Shown: positions 1-9,448 of the stretch, piece after piece
Numbering within the stretch: position 1 is the stretch's first letter
Layout: the number at the start of each line of letters is the position of its first letter
Assembly (NCBI GenBank): GCA_964615885.1
Contig: CAZTRG010000281.1
Span: 144 to 64,143 of the forward strand
Origin: an uncultured Planctomycetia bacterium
Lineage (GTDB): Bacteria > Planctomycetota > UBA8108
Reading direction: 5' to 3'
DNA: 64,000 bases
Program-made: the position numbers and the translations under genes
The notes under the pieces: generated by a model
What the model was told of the DNA's origin: nothing
What the model saw: only the letters and a program-made list of their open reading frames with translations
Database searches by the model: none

Positions 1-900
1 GGGCACCAGCGGCGGGAAGCAGAGCCCTCCACTGACCTCGATAGCAGCCCCAGGGTTTCCCGGACACAGCTCACGCAGCTTCCGGTCCATCTCTTCACCA
101 TCGGCCGGGTCGTCAAAACGCAGATCGACTCCGGCCACGGCCGACCCGGCAACGACATTTCCAGCCGTGCCTCCCCTGACTGTGCCGACATTGAGCTGGA
201 TTCCCCTGGCCGGCTCGTTCCAGCCGTGAATCTCCAGCACCAGGCGTGCCAGCTCATCCACCGCGCTGATACCCCGCTCCGGTTCGACCCCGGCGTGGGC
301 CTCACGCCCGGTGATCTTCAGCTCGTAGATCCCCACTCCCTTGCGCTGCACCTTGACCGAACCATCCGGGCAGGGTGGCTCCACCACGAAGACCGTCGAG
401 CCGGGAGCCAGCACCTCGTCCATGCAGGGATGGCCCGTATCACCGCCGCTCTCCTCGTCCGCAGCGATGAAGATCTGCAGTTTTCTCCTTCGCGCCGCCC
501 CGCTTTCCTGGAGAAACCGGGCCGTGGCCAGCACGATACAGAGCCCGGCCTTCATGTCGTAAACCCCCGGGCCGTAGAGCCTGCCTTCCTCTTCCCGGGG
601 AGGACGCTCACTCACCGCACCGGCCGGCCAGACCGTATCGCAATGCCCGAGCAGGACGACCGGAGGTTCCTCTCCGGGCAGCTCCGCCAGCAGCTGCGGC
701 CCCCAGGGGCCGGCGAACTGGCGGCAGGAAAGCCCCGCCTCCTCGAGACGGCTCGAATAGTCCTGGATAAAACCCTCGATGCTCGCAGCATCCCTGCTCG
801 GGGTCTCCCGCTCGACAAACTCACGCAGCTCGGCAAGCATCGCATCGCTGCGGGCGGTGAAATAATCACGAATCGAGTTGAGAGCCGGTGGGTGCTGCAT
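1..900 (-). CDS. M20-family metallopeptidase (carboxypeptidase G2 / ArgE-DapE-like); C-terminus lies outside the window
   Basis: My own minus-strand translation from the ATG at 900-898; it is absent from the ORF track because it runs off the window edge. It reads MQHPPALNSIRDYF...LLGHCDTVWP...GPGVYDMKAG...ADEESGG...REAHAG, which are M20 metal-ligand motifs. The + ORF 226..942 (GTG start) is its antisense shadow. Confidence 0.8.
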   Translation of the reverse strand, partial: MQHPPALNSIRDYFTARSDAMLAELREFVERETPSRDAASIEGFIQDYSSRLEEAGLSCRQFAGPWGPQLLAELPGEEPPVVLLGHCDTVWPAGAVSERPPREEEGRLYGPGVYDMKAGLCIVLATARFLQESGAARRRKLQIFIAADEESGGDTGHPCMDEVLAPGSTVFVVEPPCPDGSVKVQRKGVGIYELKITGREAHAGVEPERGISAVDELARLVLEIHGWNEPARGIQLNVGTVRGGTAGNVVAGSAVAGVDLRFDDPADGEEMDRKLRELCPGNPGAAIEVSGGLCFPPLVP

Positions 901-1030
901 TTCCTGTTTGCTCTGCCGGGGGTTAAAATCAAGCCGCTATGATACGATCTGCCGGGGTGATTCCTACAGCCTGGCAGAAAAACCGTTGCCTGCCGGGCCG
1001 GCACAAGACCAGCACCGCGGAGTGGATTCT

Positions 1031-1291
1031 ATGGGTATTTTTAAAAAAGGCGAGGTACTTGGTTCCGGGACGGCTCCGGGACGCTACAAGATCCGCATCA
1101 CCACAGAGGATGGCGAAACCCTCTACTGGAACAAGCGTGGCGATATCCATATCGTCGATGAAGACGTCGCACAGATCTTCGTCGCCAACTTCAAGCCCGA
1201 GCTCTTCCAGGTGCTGCCCGATGGCAGCCTCACGCCTCCGGACCCCGGCAGAACGAAACAGATCGTGAAGGTCGAGATGGAGCCTGAGTAG
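1031..1291 (+). CDS. hypothetical protein (86 aa)
   Basis: Internal ATG of ORF 878..1291. Third-codon-position GC is strongly high, and the stop lies 4 nt before the next gene. No family recognised. Confidence 0.55.
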   Translation: MGIFKKGEVLGSGTAPGRYKIRITTEDGETLYWNKRGDIHIVDEDVAQIFVANFKPELFQVLPDGSLTPPDPGRTKQIVKVEMEPE

Positions 1292-1295
1292 CCCC

Positions 1296-1724
1296 ATGGG
1301 TGCAGAGAAGACAGCCCTCGAACACACGGTAACCGCCCGGGTCCGCTATGGAGAGACCGACCAGATGGGTGTTGTCTATCATGCCAACTACCTGTCCTTC
1401 TTCGAGGTCGCCCGCACCGAGCTGATCCGCCTGCGTGGCGTCGCCTACAGCGCGCTGGAGGAAGGCGGGCTTCGCCTGATGGTCACCGAGGCCGCCATGC
1501 AATACCACTCGCCGGGGCACTACGACGATGTGCTCGCCATCACCACCCGCCTGGCTGAATCGGGACCCGCGCGGGTGCGCTTCGATTACGAGGTGCGCCG
1601 GGAGGGAGAGGAGGATGTGCTCGTAACCGGGCACACTGTGCTCGCCAGTATTGGCGAAGATGGCCGCCCCTGCCGCCTGCCGGCCGAGCTGCGGGAGATC
1701 TTTGAACAGGGCGAGAGCACATGA
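1296..1724 (+). CDS. acyl-CoA thioesterase, YbgC/4HBT hot-dog family
   Basis: The motif VRYGETDQMGVVYHANYLSFFE is typical of 4HBT/YbgC thioesterases. ATG start; the stop overlaps the next start (ATGA). Confidence 0.85.
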   Translation: MGAEKTALEHTVTARVRYGETDQMGVVYHANYLSFFEVARTELIRLRGVAYSALEEGGLRLMVTEAAMQYHSPGHYDDVLAITTRLAESGPARVRFDYEVRREGEEDVLVTGHTVLASIGEDGRPCRLPAELREIFEQGEST

Positions 1725-2419
1725 GCCTTGAGGAGGGCCCGTCCCACAGCGCCATCGACATCCTCTACCAGGATGACGAGCTCCTCGTTGCCGACAAGCC
1801 CCCCGGGCTCCTGGTCCATCGCAGCCGTGAATCTTCCGACCGGGTCTTTCTCCTGCAATTGCTGCGCGACCAGGTCGGCCGCTACCTCTACCCGGTTCAC
1901 CGTCTCGACCGTGCCGCCTCCGGGCCCATCGCCTTCGCCCTGTCGAGCGAGACGGCCCGGGCCCTGCAGGCCTCGATCACCTCGCCCACCGCCCACAAGG
2001 AATACCTGGTGCTGGTGCGGGGCAGCGCCGCGGATTCAGGTGAGATTGACCGGCCACTGACCGGAACCAACGGAAAGAAAAAAGAGGCCCTCACCCACTT
2101 CGAAAAGATCGGCGAGGTCTACCGCTCCTCGCTGCTGCGGGTGCGGATCTTCAGCGGACGCCGCCACCAGATCCGCCGCCACCTCGCCCACCTCAGCCAC
2201 CAGCTCATCGGCGACACCACCTACGGCAAGGGAAAGATCAACCGCTTCCTGCGCGAGGAGCACGGCCTGCCGCGCATGTTCCTGCACTGCGCGCGGCTTG
2301 AATTCGACCATCCCGGCGGCGGAAAGCGCGTCGAGGTCCGGGCTCCGCTGGCCGAAGACCTGCGAAGCTTTCTGCTGAGCCTTCCCGGCTGCCCGCCGGA
2401 CATTCTTGAGGAGGCCTAG
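1721..2419 (+). CDS. RluA-family pseudouridine synthase (TruC-like size)
   Basis: Catalytic motif HRLDRAASG, plus GRRHQIRRHL and KEYLVLV, which are typical RluA-family blocks. Confidence 0.85.
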   Translation: MSLEEGPSHSAIDILYQDDELLVADKPPGLLVHRSRESSDRVFLLQLLRDQVGRYLYPVHRLDRAASGPIAFALSSETARALQASITSPTAHKEYLVLVRGSAADSGEIDRPLTGTNGKKKEALTHFEKIGEVYRSSLLRVRIFSGRRHQIRRHLAHLSHQLIGDTTYGKGKINRFLREEHGLPRMFLHCARLEFDHPGGGKRVEVRAPLAEDLRSFLLSLPGCPPDILEEA

Positions 2420-2799
2420 GCGTCTTCTGAGGGTGCCTCGTCTTCAGCAGGTGCAGCCTGCTCCCCCGAAGAGCTCTCTCGCTCCTTCAGGAAATTGGCA
2501 ATTAAGACCCCGATGGCTAAAACGCTGAAAGCAATGACGACCCCTGCAGGCCAGATCGCCAGGCCTTTCTTGGCGGCTACGCTGCCAAAGCGCCCAAGCA
2601 GGGCGAGACTCACGACCAGCCCCAGCACAGAACCGCCCATCGGACGAGATCCCAGGAGCCAGCAGGAAAGCAGGATTGCCGCTGCGCTGACCACGCCGGC
2701 GATGAGCGACGCGGCTGATCCCGCCACCACCATGCCCTGGATTCCACCAATAACCAGCAACAGGGCAAATACCAGTAAGACTTTTTGAGCGAGCTTCAT
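2416..2799 (-). CDS. TMEM14/UPF0136-family small membrane protein with an acidic C-terminal tail
   Basis: Four predicted TM helices. GGIQGMVVAGSAASLIAGVVS resembles the TMEM14 signature GGxxGYxKxGSxxSLxAG. ATG start with AAGGAG upstream. Confidence 0.7.
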   Translation of the reverse strand: MKLAQKVLLVFALLLVIGGIQGMVVAGSAASLIAGVVSAAAILLSCWLLGSRPMGGSVLGLVVSLALLGRFGSVAAKKGLAIWPAGVVIAFSVLAIGVLIANFLKERESSSGEQAAPAEDEAPSEDA

Positions 2800-2818
2800 G
2801 GGAGAGTCTCCTTAAGAG

Positions 2819-3127
2819 TTATTTTCCGAGCAATTTGACGAGGAGGTAGATGCAGACTATGGCGCTGAGAACCAGCAGCAGTCCCGAGGGCATGAGCTTG
2901 CGGGTCTTCGAAACACGCAGAAAGAAGACCAGTGAGAGCAGACCGCTTGTCGCCACGGCCACCCAGATCTCCTGTATAAAATAGGCCACCACCAGGACAG
3001 CAAAACTCAGAACACCTGCGACCAGGGATGGCTTCGAGCCCGACTTCTTGAAGCCGAACCAGCCGCCGAGCCCCATCAGAACGGCATAGACAAGAACAAT
3101 CATCCAGTCTGTAATTTGAATATTCAT
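2819..3127 (-). CDS. TMEM14/UPF0136-family small membrane protein
   Basis: GGWFGFKKSGSKPSLVAGVLSF and ATSGLLSLVFFLRVSKTRKLMPSG are colinear with human TMEM14C [22 protein letters not shown] ... ATSGTLAGIMGMRFYHSGKFMPAG (recalled from memory). Confidence 0.75.
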   Translation of the reverse strand: MNIQITDWMIVLVYAVLMGLGGWFGFKKSGSKPSLVAGVLSFAVLVVAYFIQEIWVAVATSGLLSLVFFLRVSKTRKLMPSGLLLVLSAIVCIYLLVKLLGK

Positions 3128-3224
3128 GAGCCCTCCTGTCGAGCTCCCTGCCGGACCAGGCGCTTGCGAGACCGGCTCAGCGGGTTTAGATTGCCCGCTG
3201 CATTTGGTTCAAAATGGAAAGAAA

Positions 3225-3341
3225 ATGAGCTGGTTACCTTACGCGGCCATGGCGGCGGGACTCATGGTCCTGTTCTTCATGGGTATTGGATATCTCTGGG
3301 TCAAGGTCGATAAGGACGACCCTGACGGTGATGAAAGTTGA
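3225..3341 (+). CDS. possible small single-TM protein (38 aa)
   Basis: Internal ATG of ORF 3126..3341, reading MSWLPYAAMAAGLMVLFFMGIGYLWVKVDKDDPDGDES. Moderate GC3 and no homology recognised. Confidence 0.25.
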   Translation: MSWLPYAAMAAGLMVLFFMGIGYLWVKVDKDDPDGDES

Positions 3342-3377
3342 ACTCGGTGGAGTTGTCAAGGCTCCTGCGGGGGCGCT

Positions 3378-4592
3378 TCACTTCGCCGCCGGCTTGCTGG
3401 CTGGATTCTCGTACCAGAAAACACCCAGGTTGTCCCTCTCCTCGCAGGTGATGAGATCGAGATCCCCATCGGCGTCGAGATCACGCAGCTCGATCCGGTC
3501 GAACTTGACTCCGGTCGGGCCGCTGAGCTCGTGTGGAACCCACCTCTTTCCGGATCGGCGCAGGTAAAACACCCCGGACTTGCCGCCCGAGGCGTTCTCG
3601 CAGCTGACCGCCAGCTCCGCAAGGCCATCTCCATCGAGATCTCCCGGCCGCACGGCCTTCGCTGTGCCGAAGCGTTCGAGGGGAAACTCCAGGAGCTCCT
3701 CGCGCCAGGGCTTACGCGGATCCTCACCGGCAGAGAGCAGAACCACCTGGTTGGGCCTGACTGTCGCGGCGAGCTCTTTTCGCCCGTCACCATCAAGATC
3801 GTAGAGGCTCACGAAAAAAACCTCCTTGCCGCTGAGCCCCAGCCGATGCTCCCTCCAGGGCCGGCCGGGCTGATCCACCATCGCCTTGCGGCCGGGGTTT
3901 TCCAGCCAGAGAACCCCCGGCGTCTTCCCCCTGCGATCGGAGATCACGACATCGCTGTCGCCATCTCCATCGATATCCTCGCTGATCAGGCTCATGATCC
4001 AGCCGGCCTGGTACCAGCTGTGAAAGGTCCACGCCCCGAGATCCCTCGGGTTGGCTGGAGAACGAAGCCAGCCCACACAGGCCCCACGCCCCTTGGCCCC
4101 CAGCACCAGGTCAATGCCACCTTTGCCATCGAGCTCCATCGGCAGGGCAAACATCCACTGGGTCTTTTTCTCAACGGCCGGAAAGGAGGTCGTCTCCCAG
4201 GCCTTTTCATCGAGAAACCGGCCGGCTGCCCTGGGTGCCCAATGCGCAAAGACCCTGCGATTGCCACCCTCACAACAGCTCACCACATCGACTGCCCCAT
4301 CACCGTCCAGGTCGCAGAAAACCGCATCCTCGGGTGACTTCACCCTGCCCACGGTCACCAGGGGCCAGGGTGCAGTTACTTTTTTCGGGCCAGGATGAAG
4401 GTAAGCCCGTATAAGCGCTCCCTCTTCCCAGCCGGTTGCGATGTCCTCGAGGCCGTCACCGTTCACATCAAGGAATCGAACACCGTCGGCTCCGCGCGAG
4501 GTCTTGTCAATCGTATGGCGAGTCCAGGCGCCTTCCTCAGCTCCTGAGAACCCACACCAGAAAAAAAATACTGCTGAAAGTAAGCGTGTCAT
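3378..4592 (-). CDS. secreted FG-GAP/VCBS-repeat beta-propeller protein
   Basis: Seven repeats of the DxDGDGxxD type: DVNGDGLEDIATG, DLDGDGAVDVV, DIDGDGDSDVV, DLDGDGRKELA, DLDGDGLAELA and DLDADGDLDLI, with ELDGKGGIDLV (DGKG) as a degenerate copy. Start set at the internal ATG, giving signal peptide MTRLLSAVFFFWCGFSGA; the ORF-track start at 4637 is TTG. Confidence 0.8.
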   Translation of the reverse strand: MTRLLSAVFFFWCGFSGAEEGAWTRHTIDKTSRGADGVRFLDVNGDGLEDIATGWEEGALIRAYLHPGPKKVTAPWPLVTVGRVKSPEDAVFCDLDGDGAVDVVSCCEGGNRRVFAHWAPRAAGRFLDEKAWETTSFPAVEKKTQWMFALPMELDGKGGIDLVLGAKGRGACVGWLRSPANPRDLGAWTFHSWYQAGWIMSLISEDIDGDGDSDVVISDRRGKTPGVLWLENPGRKAMVDQPGRPWREHRLGLSGKEVFFVSLYDLDGDGRKELAATVRPNQVVLLSAGEDPRKPWREELLEFPLERFGTAKAVRPGDLDGDGLAELAVSCENASGGKSGVFYLRRSGKRWVPHELSGPTGVKFDRIELRDLDADGDLDLITCEERDNLGVFWYENPASKPAAK

Positions 4593-4880
4593 TGCCGTCT
4601 TTGCACTCCAGGAGATATTACCGGACTCTTTTCTCAACCGGCAGGGCCCGGAATCCGGGAAGGCCCCTTGCCTGCACTAGGTTGGCCCTCCAAAGAGTTT
4701 GAATCAAGCCCCATCCCGCCTCGTCTAAGCTCCTGAAGCCCCAGCCAGGGCGAAAAACCGTTATTTTATGCCGCATCCCGGGCCTGCGCGGGTTAAATTC
4801 AATGGTTCACTGCCCCTGGGAAACAGGGGCGTTCAGGTCATCTGATTTACACGTAAACCTATCCTTGCTGGAGTACATTC

Positions 4881-5813
4881 ATGTCACGAAACACCGTGGT
4901 ATACACCCTGGTTGCTCTCCTCGTCCTTTCTATGGGCAACTCACTGCAGTCGGCCGAAGGCTGGATCACTGATTACGAAGCTGCCAAGAAACAGGCCGCC
5001 AAGGAAGGTAAGGACATCCTGATGGACTTCACCGGTTCGGACTGGTGTGGCTGGTGCATCAAGTTGAAAAAAGAAGTCTTCAGCCAGGAAGCCTTCAAGA
5101 AAGAAGCCCCGAAGCACTTCGTGCTCCTGGAGCTTGATTATCCCCGGACCAAGCAGCTCGCTCCCGCCCTCAAGGCGCAGAACGAAAAGCTCCGTACCGA
5201 GTTCGCCATCCAGGGCTACCCGACCATCATGCTGACCGATGCCACCGGTAAGGCCTACGCCAAGACCGGTTACCAGCCCGGCGGCCCGGAGAGCTACATC
5301 AAGCACCTGGCTGAAAAGGCCAGTGTGAAAAAAGAGCGCGACAAGAACTTCGCAGCGGCTGCAAAAGCAAAAGATAATGCCGAAAAGGCAAAGCTTCTCG
5401 ACCAGGCTCTCAGCAAGATCGAGGAGACCGGTGGAATCCCGGTGCTCGCCAATTACAGCGATATCGTTGAGCAGATCATCAAGCTCGACAGCGACAACAA
5501 GGCCGGGCTCAAGAGCAAGTACGAAGCCCGCTTTGCGCTGCAGAAGCTCGATAAAAAATTCGCTGCTCGCGATCTTCCCGGCGTTGTCAAGGAGGCCGAC
5601 CTTATCCTGGCAAGCAAAGGCCTCGATAAGGGAATCCTGCAGAAGGTGTCCTTCAAAAGAGCCCAGGCTCTTTTCCTGCAGAAGGATGTGAAGGGCGCTA
5701 TCGCGGCGCTCGAGAGCGCCCAGAAGTTTGATCCTGACAGCCCGATGGGCAAGCAGATCCCGAAAATCCTTGAAGGCCTGAGGAAACAGGCAGAGAAGCA
5801 GGCCGAGAAGTAG
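4881..5813 (+). CDS. secreted thioredoxin-fold protein (CGWC active site) with a helical repeat C-terminal half
   Basis: Signal peptide, then ILMDFTGSDWCGWCIKLKKEVF (thioredoxin-like CxxC). The C-terminal part is Lys/Ala-rich and helical. ATG with GGAG upstream. Confidence 0.8.
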   Translation: MSRNTVVYTLVALLVLSMGNSLQSAEGWITDYEAAKKQAAKEGKDILMDFTGSDWCGWCIKLKKEVFSQEAFKKEAPKHFVLLELDYPRTKQLAPALKAQNEKLRTEFAIQGYPTIMLTDATGKAYAKTGYQPGGPESYIKHLAEKASVKKERDKNFAAAAKAKDNAEKAKLLDQALSKIEETGGIPVLANYSDIVEQIIKLDSDNKAGLKSKYEARFALQKLDKKFAARDLPGVVKEADLILASKGLDKGILQKVSFKRAQALFLQKDVKGAIAALESAQKFDPDSPMGKQIPKILEGLRKQAEKQAEK

Positions 5814-5864
5814 GCCGGGGCAAGGGCTCTGCCGGATAAGCCTGCCGGAAAATACGGATATCAG

Positions 5865-5900
5865 AAAAGGGAAGGGCTCCTCGAAGAGTCCTTCCCTTTT
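5865..5900. terminator. bidirectional intrinsic-terminator-like hairpin between convergent genes
   Basis: AAAAGGGAAGGGCUC-loop-GAGUCCUUCCCUUUU forms a roughly 15-bp stem flanked by an A-run and a T-run. It lies between the stops at 5813 (+) and 5904 (-). Confidence 0.7.
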
Positions 5901-5903
5901 CTC

Positions 5904-7139
5904 TTATTTCTTCTTCTTCTGGGATTTATTGAGCGCGCGGTACCAGCCCCAGTTCCTGTCGGCGAGGTCCTTCATGAGCTTCTCATCGGAGCCGGTGAAT
6001 CCGTAGGTCACCACCCGCACGCCAAGAAGATAATTCATCGCCTCGACCCGCTTCTTGATCTCGGCCGGCCCGCCGCCGCGGGAGGGCGCACCATCGGAGA
6101 GGAGATAGATCGTCTCGACGCCCCTGACCTTCAGCGCCAGCACGAGGGAGTCGTGGATGTTGGTCCCGCTACCGGGCTGAAGCCCCCTGGCAAAGCCCGC
6201 AGCGGCCAGGACATTGGTCCGGGTGCCCGGCTGCAGCTGGCCGCGGCCACGCCAGGTCGTTGCGGTGCCATCGTAGGGAATGATGGTGAAGAGGCTCTCA
6301 CGGCTGAGGCCACCGACCGCCTTGCCCAGCTCGTTCTTTACGATCTCGACCTTCGGGGAGCTCCCCTTGCCCGGCATCTTGACCTGCCCCTTCATGCTCG
6401 AAGAAATATCGATACAGAAGATCGCTCGCAGGGCGATGCGGTCCCCGAAAAACACCGTGTTGCCGCCTCCACCGGAAACCTCGGGATTATAGTTCGGCTC
6501 ATCCGGAACCTTCTTCCCCATGGTCTCCCAGCGTTTCTTGATCCCGCCGGCATCGCCAACAGCAACAGATCCGAGAGCCCGGTACAGCTCGCTCTGCAGA
6601 ACACTGGCGAGGTCCTCGAGATGGCGGCCGGCATCTTCCTCTTCCCGCAGGCGCATAAGAAGTGCATCGATCGCCTCCGGCCAGCCACTGTCAACCAGCA
6701 ACCTCACCGCCCAGGTCTGCACACCACGATCCTTGTGCCGAGTCGCCTCGGTATAAAGGCCCACAACATCAGCCCTGGTAACTCCATCTCCCACACGCCC
6801 GGAGAAGGCCTTGAGGGCAATCACCTGCGAAGGGTACATCGAGGAGGTCCTCTTCTTGAGCAACCCCCGGGCGACAGCCAGCAGGTTCTTATCGACCTGC
6901 CCCCTCAGGGCCTTGAGAAGGCCCTTGTGAACCTCGTAGCGACCGAAAACATCCAGGCGATTTGATGATTCGACCCGGTTGTACTGGCGCAGGGCATAAC
7001 TGTAGGAAGCCTGGCCACCTTTTTGAAGACGCGTCACCAGCGGGGCGAGAGCATCGGCAGGTGAGTCAGCCAAGGCCGGCAGCGTCGTGAGAAGAACGGA
7101 TAAAGCGAAAACAGAAATGCCTCGTACTTGCCTGGTCAT
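5904..7139 (-). CDS. secreted von Willebrand factor A (vWA) domain protein with a helical-repeat N-terminal half
   Basis: MIDAS motif CIDISSSMKG (DxSxS) and YLLSDGAPSRGG. Start set at the internal ATG, giving signal peptide MTRQVRGISVFALSVLLTTLPALA; the ORF-track start at 7163 is GTG. Confidence 0.8.
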   Translation of the reverse strand: MTRQVRGISVFALSVLLTTLPALADSPADALAPLVTRLQKGGQASYSYALRQYNRVESSNRLDVFGRYEVHKGLLKALRGQVDKNLLAVARGLLKKRTSSMYPSQVIALKAFSGRVGDGVTRADVVGLYTEATRHKDRGVQTWAVRLLVDSGWPEAIDALLMRLREEEDAGRHLEDLASVLQSELYRALGSVAVGDAGGIKKRWETMGKKVPDEPNYNPEVSGGGGNTVFFGDRIALRAIFCIDISSSMKGQVKMPGKGSSPKVEIVKNELGKAVGGLSRESLFTIIPYDGTATTWRGRGQLQPGTRTNVLAAAGFARGLQPGSGTNIHDSLVLALKVRGVETIYLLSDGAPSRGGGPAEIKKRVEAMNYLLGVRVVTYGFTGSDEKLMKDLADRNWGWYRALNKSQKKKK

Positions 7140-7364
7140 CAGATTGGCTGAGCTCCATTTCACGGCTGAACACCCGGGCCTTCGGCTGAACCTCAGCCAT
7201 CGAGCCCAGTGGCAATCATCTTGCCTCGAACAATTATTTTAAATCCAATCGGGCTTGTGGGAGAACGTGTTTCGAATTTTTATTCGAAGAAAAACCCGGG
7301 GAAACCACCATGCCAATGCAGAGGGAAGCTTGTCAAGAGAGACACTGAGGGGCAGTATGAAGGT

Positions 7365-7865
7365 ATGAGTATCCTACCCGGCGATGACGATTTCCAAGAA
7401 GAGGAGCCCTGGGCGGATGGAGAATCCGGGGATAACTGGGATTTCGAGGAGTCCGATACCGAGGAACTCCCGGGAAACGAGGTGGTGACGGTCAACGAGG
7501 ATTTCTACCGGGCACTCGAATCTCTTGAAATCGAACGAATGGAGAAGGTCTGGCATCACGCCGACTGGATAACCTGCGTACACCCCGGCGGCCCGATGCT
7601 CACCGGTTGGGATAACATCCGCGATAGCTGGGTACAGATCTTCAAGGGCACCCAGGACATCCGCTTTGAGCTTTCCGATACCAGTGTACGCATCGAGAAC
7701 CGGACGGCCTGGGTAACCTGCACCGAGAACATACTCCACCTCAGCACTTCAGGCGTTTCGAATGTAGCCGCGACGGCCACCAATATTTTCCTGCAGACCC
7801 CCGATGGCTGGCGAATCGTTCTTCACCATGCATCCGCGGTCCCTGAGACCGAGGACAAGGACTAG
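7365..7865 (+). CDS. SnoaL/NTF2-like (DUF4440-type) protein with an acidic N-terminal extension
   Basis: EDFYRALESLEIERMEKVWHHADWITCVHPGGPMLTGWDNIRDSW...WRIVLHHAS fits the NTF2-like fold pattern. Start is the internal ATG; the ORF-track start at 7209 is GTG. Confidence 0.6.
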   Translation: MSILPGDDDFQEEEPWADGESGDNWDFEESDTEELPGNEVVTVNEDFYRALESLEIERMEKVWHHADWITCVHPGGPMLTGWDNIRDSWVQIFKGTQDIRFELSDTSVRIENRTAWVTCTENILHLSTSGVSNVAATATNIFLQTPDGWRIVLHHASAVPETEDKD

Positions 7866-7910
7866 CCTGCCAGCTCCCGGCAGGCCGCAAACCTCCACTG
7901 CCCCGAAAAA

Positions 7911-8231
7911 ATGAACTCCCGCACCGTCCGTGTCGCCCCGATTGATGACCTCACTGAAGGAGAACCCCGTGTCTACCAGGTCGGTGAACTCTTCATCGTC
8001 CTGTGCAGGGTCAGCGGGGAAGTTTTCGCCCTCGAGGACCGCTGCACCCACGACGACGGCCCCCTGGCCAGCGGTTGCCTGGACGGCTACCAGCTGGAAT
8101 GTCCGCGCCATGGTGCGCGTTTTGATATACGGGATGGCTCCATCTGCAGGATGCCGGCCCACGGAGATGTCCCCACCTACAGAACGATGATCGATGGCGC
8201 AGATGTTCTTGTCGAGAATCCGGCCGAATAA
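7911..8231 (+). CDS. Rieske [2Fe-2S] ferredoxin
   Basis: CTHDDGPL...(17 aa)...CPRHGARF matches the Rieske CxH...CxxH ligand pattern. It is 106 aa. Confidence 0.85.
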   Translation: MNSRTVRVAPIDDLTEGEPRVYQVGELFIVLCRVSGEVFALEDRCTHDDGPLASGCLDGYQLECPRHGARFDIRDGSICRMPAHGDVPTYRTMIDGADVLVENPAE

Positions 8232-8343
8232 TCGCAAGGCCCCATCTTGAAGGCTCTCCTGCATCATGGTAGAAGCGTCCCTTCGGCCAGGGCGCAAACC
8301 CTTGCAGACCAGGCCGCCAACAACAACATCGAGGGAACCTATC

Positions 8344-9189
8344 ATGCAGGATTACGCACACCCGGAAACCATCGTCAGCACCGACTGGGTGGCTGAAAAC
8401 AAAGATAATGCCGACGTTGTGGTCGTAGAGGTCGACGTGGATACCGGCGGCTACGACGAGGGGCATGTGCCCGGAGCACTCGGTTGGAACTGGGCGGAGC
8501 AGCTCTGTGACCAGGTTGTACGCGACATCCTGCCGAAGGAGGCAATGGAACAGCTTCTCTCCTCCTCCGGCATCAGCAACGACACCACGGTTGTCCTCTA
8601 CGGAGACAACAACAACTGGTTTGCCGCCTGGGCCTTCTGGCAGATGAAGATCTATGGTCACGAGAAGGTTATGCTCATGAACGGCGGGCGCAGCAAATGG
8701 CTCGAAGAGGGCCGCGAAATCAGCCTGGAGGCCCCGGCAAGGGAGCCGGCCGAGTATTCTGCTGCAGACGCTGACAGCTCTCTGCGCAGCTTCCTGCCCG
8801 CGGTCCAGCAAGCTGTCACCGGCGGCGAGGTCGACATGGTCGATGTTCGCAGCCCGGAAGAATACACCGGTGAGATTCTCGCCCCGCCCGGACTTCCTGA
8901 GACCTGCCAGCGGGGCGGACATGTTCCCGGGGCGCGCTCGATCCCCTGGGGACTGGCCTGCAATGAAGACGGCACCTTCAAGAGCCGGGAGGAGCTCACC
9001 GAGCTCTACTCCTCACGCGGCATCAGCGGAGAGCGGCCGGTCATCGCCTATTGCCGCATCGGTGAGCGCTCATCGCACACCTGGTTTGTTCTTTCATGCC
9101 TCCTCGGCTTCGACGGGGTCACGAACTATGACGGCAGCTGGACGGAGTACGGCAACCTCGTCGGGGTTGAGATCGAGAGGGGCGAATGA
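8344..9189 (+). CDS. two-domain rhodanese (thiosulfate sulfurtransferase, CysA/SseA-like)
   Basis: Active-site loop CRIGERSSHTWF, with tandem rhodanese domains. Start is the internal ATG (MQDYAHPETIVSTDWV). Confidence 0.85.
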   Translation: MQDYAHPETIVSTDWVAENKDNADVVVVEVDVDTGGYDEGHVPGALGWNWAEQLCDQVVRDILPKEAMEQLLSSSGISNDTTVVLYGDNNNWFAAWAFWQMKIYGHEKVMLMNGGRSKWLEEGREISLEAPAREPAEYSAADADSSLRSFLPAVQQAVTGGEVDMVDVRSPEEYTGEILAPPGLPETCQRGGHVPGARSIPWGLACNEDGTFKSREELTELYSSRGISGERPVIAYCRIGERSSHTWFVLSCLLGFDGVTNYDGSWTEYGNLVGVEIERGE

Positions 9190-9419
9190 TGACCGAATCC
9201 ATGCGCTCAGAAGACTACCAGCGCCGCAGCGAGACGCTGGCCGGTTGGCCGGTGAAGATCGCCTCCTACCGCATTGGCGAGACACACTACTGCCACATCG
9301 ACAATGTCTCCCCCGGGGCAACGATCGCCCGGGCAAAAGCCGCCTCCCTGGAGGAGGCTGAGAAAGAGGCGGTTGACAAGGCCACCGAGCGGCTGAAGAA
9401 AACCCGGAGGCACGACTGA
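9186..9419 (+). CDS. hypothetical protein (77 aa), translationally coupled to the rhodanese
   Basis: ATGA stop/start overlap with the preceding gene and high GC3. No family recognised. Confidence 0.55.
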   Translation: MMTESMRSEDYQRRSETLAGWPVKIASYRIGETHYCHIDNVSPGATIARAKAASLEEAEKEAVDKATERLKKTRRHD

Positions 9420-9448
9420 GGGCACCCCGTCCCCGGCTGTACAGTGCA

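Noticed and set aside
7263-7274. 12-nt identity GAACGTGTTTCG shared between the 7263 region and 44858..44869, considered as a common ECF-type promoter motif
   Set aside because: By rough estimate, many 12-mer coincidences are expected by chance in 64 kb counted over both strands. The flanks do not align, and there is no consistent -10 partner.
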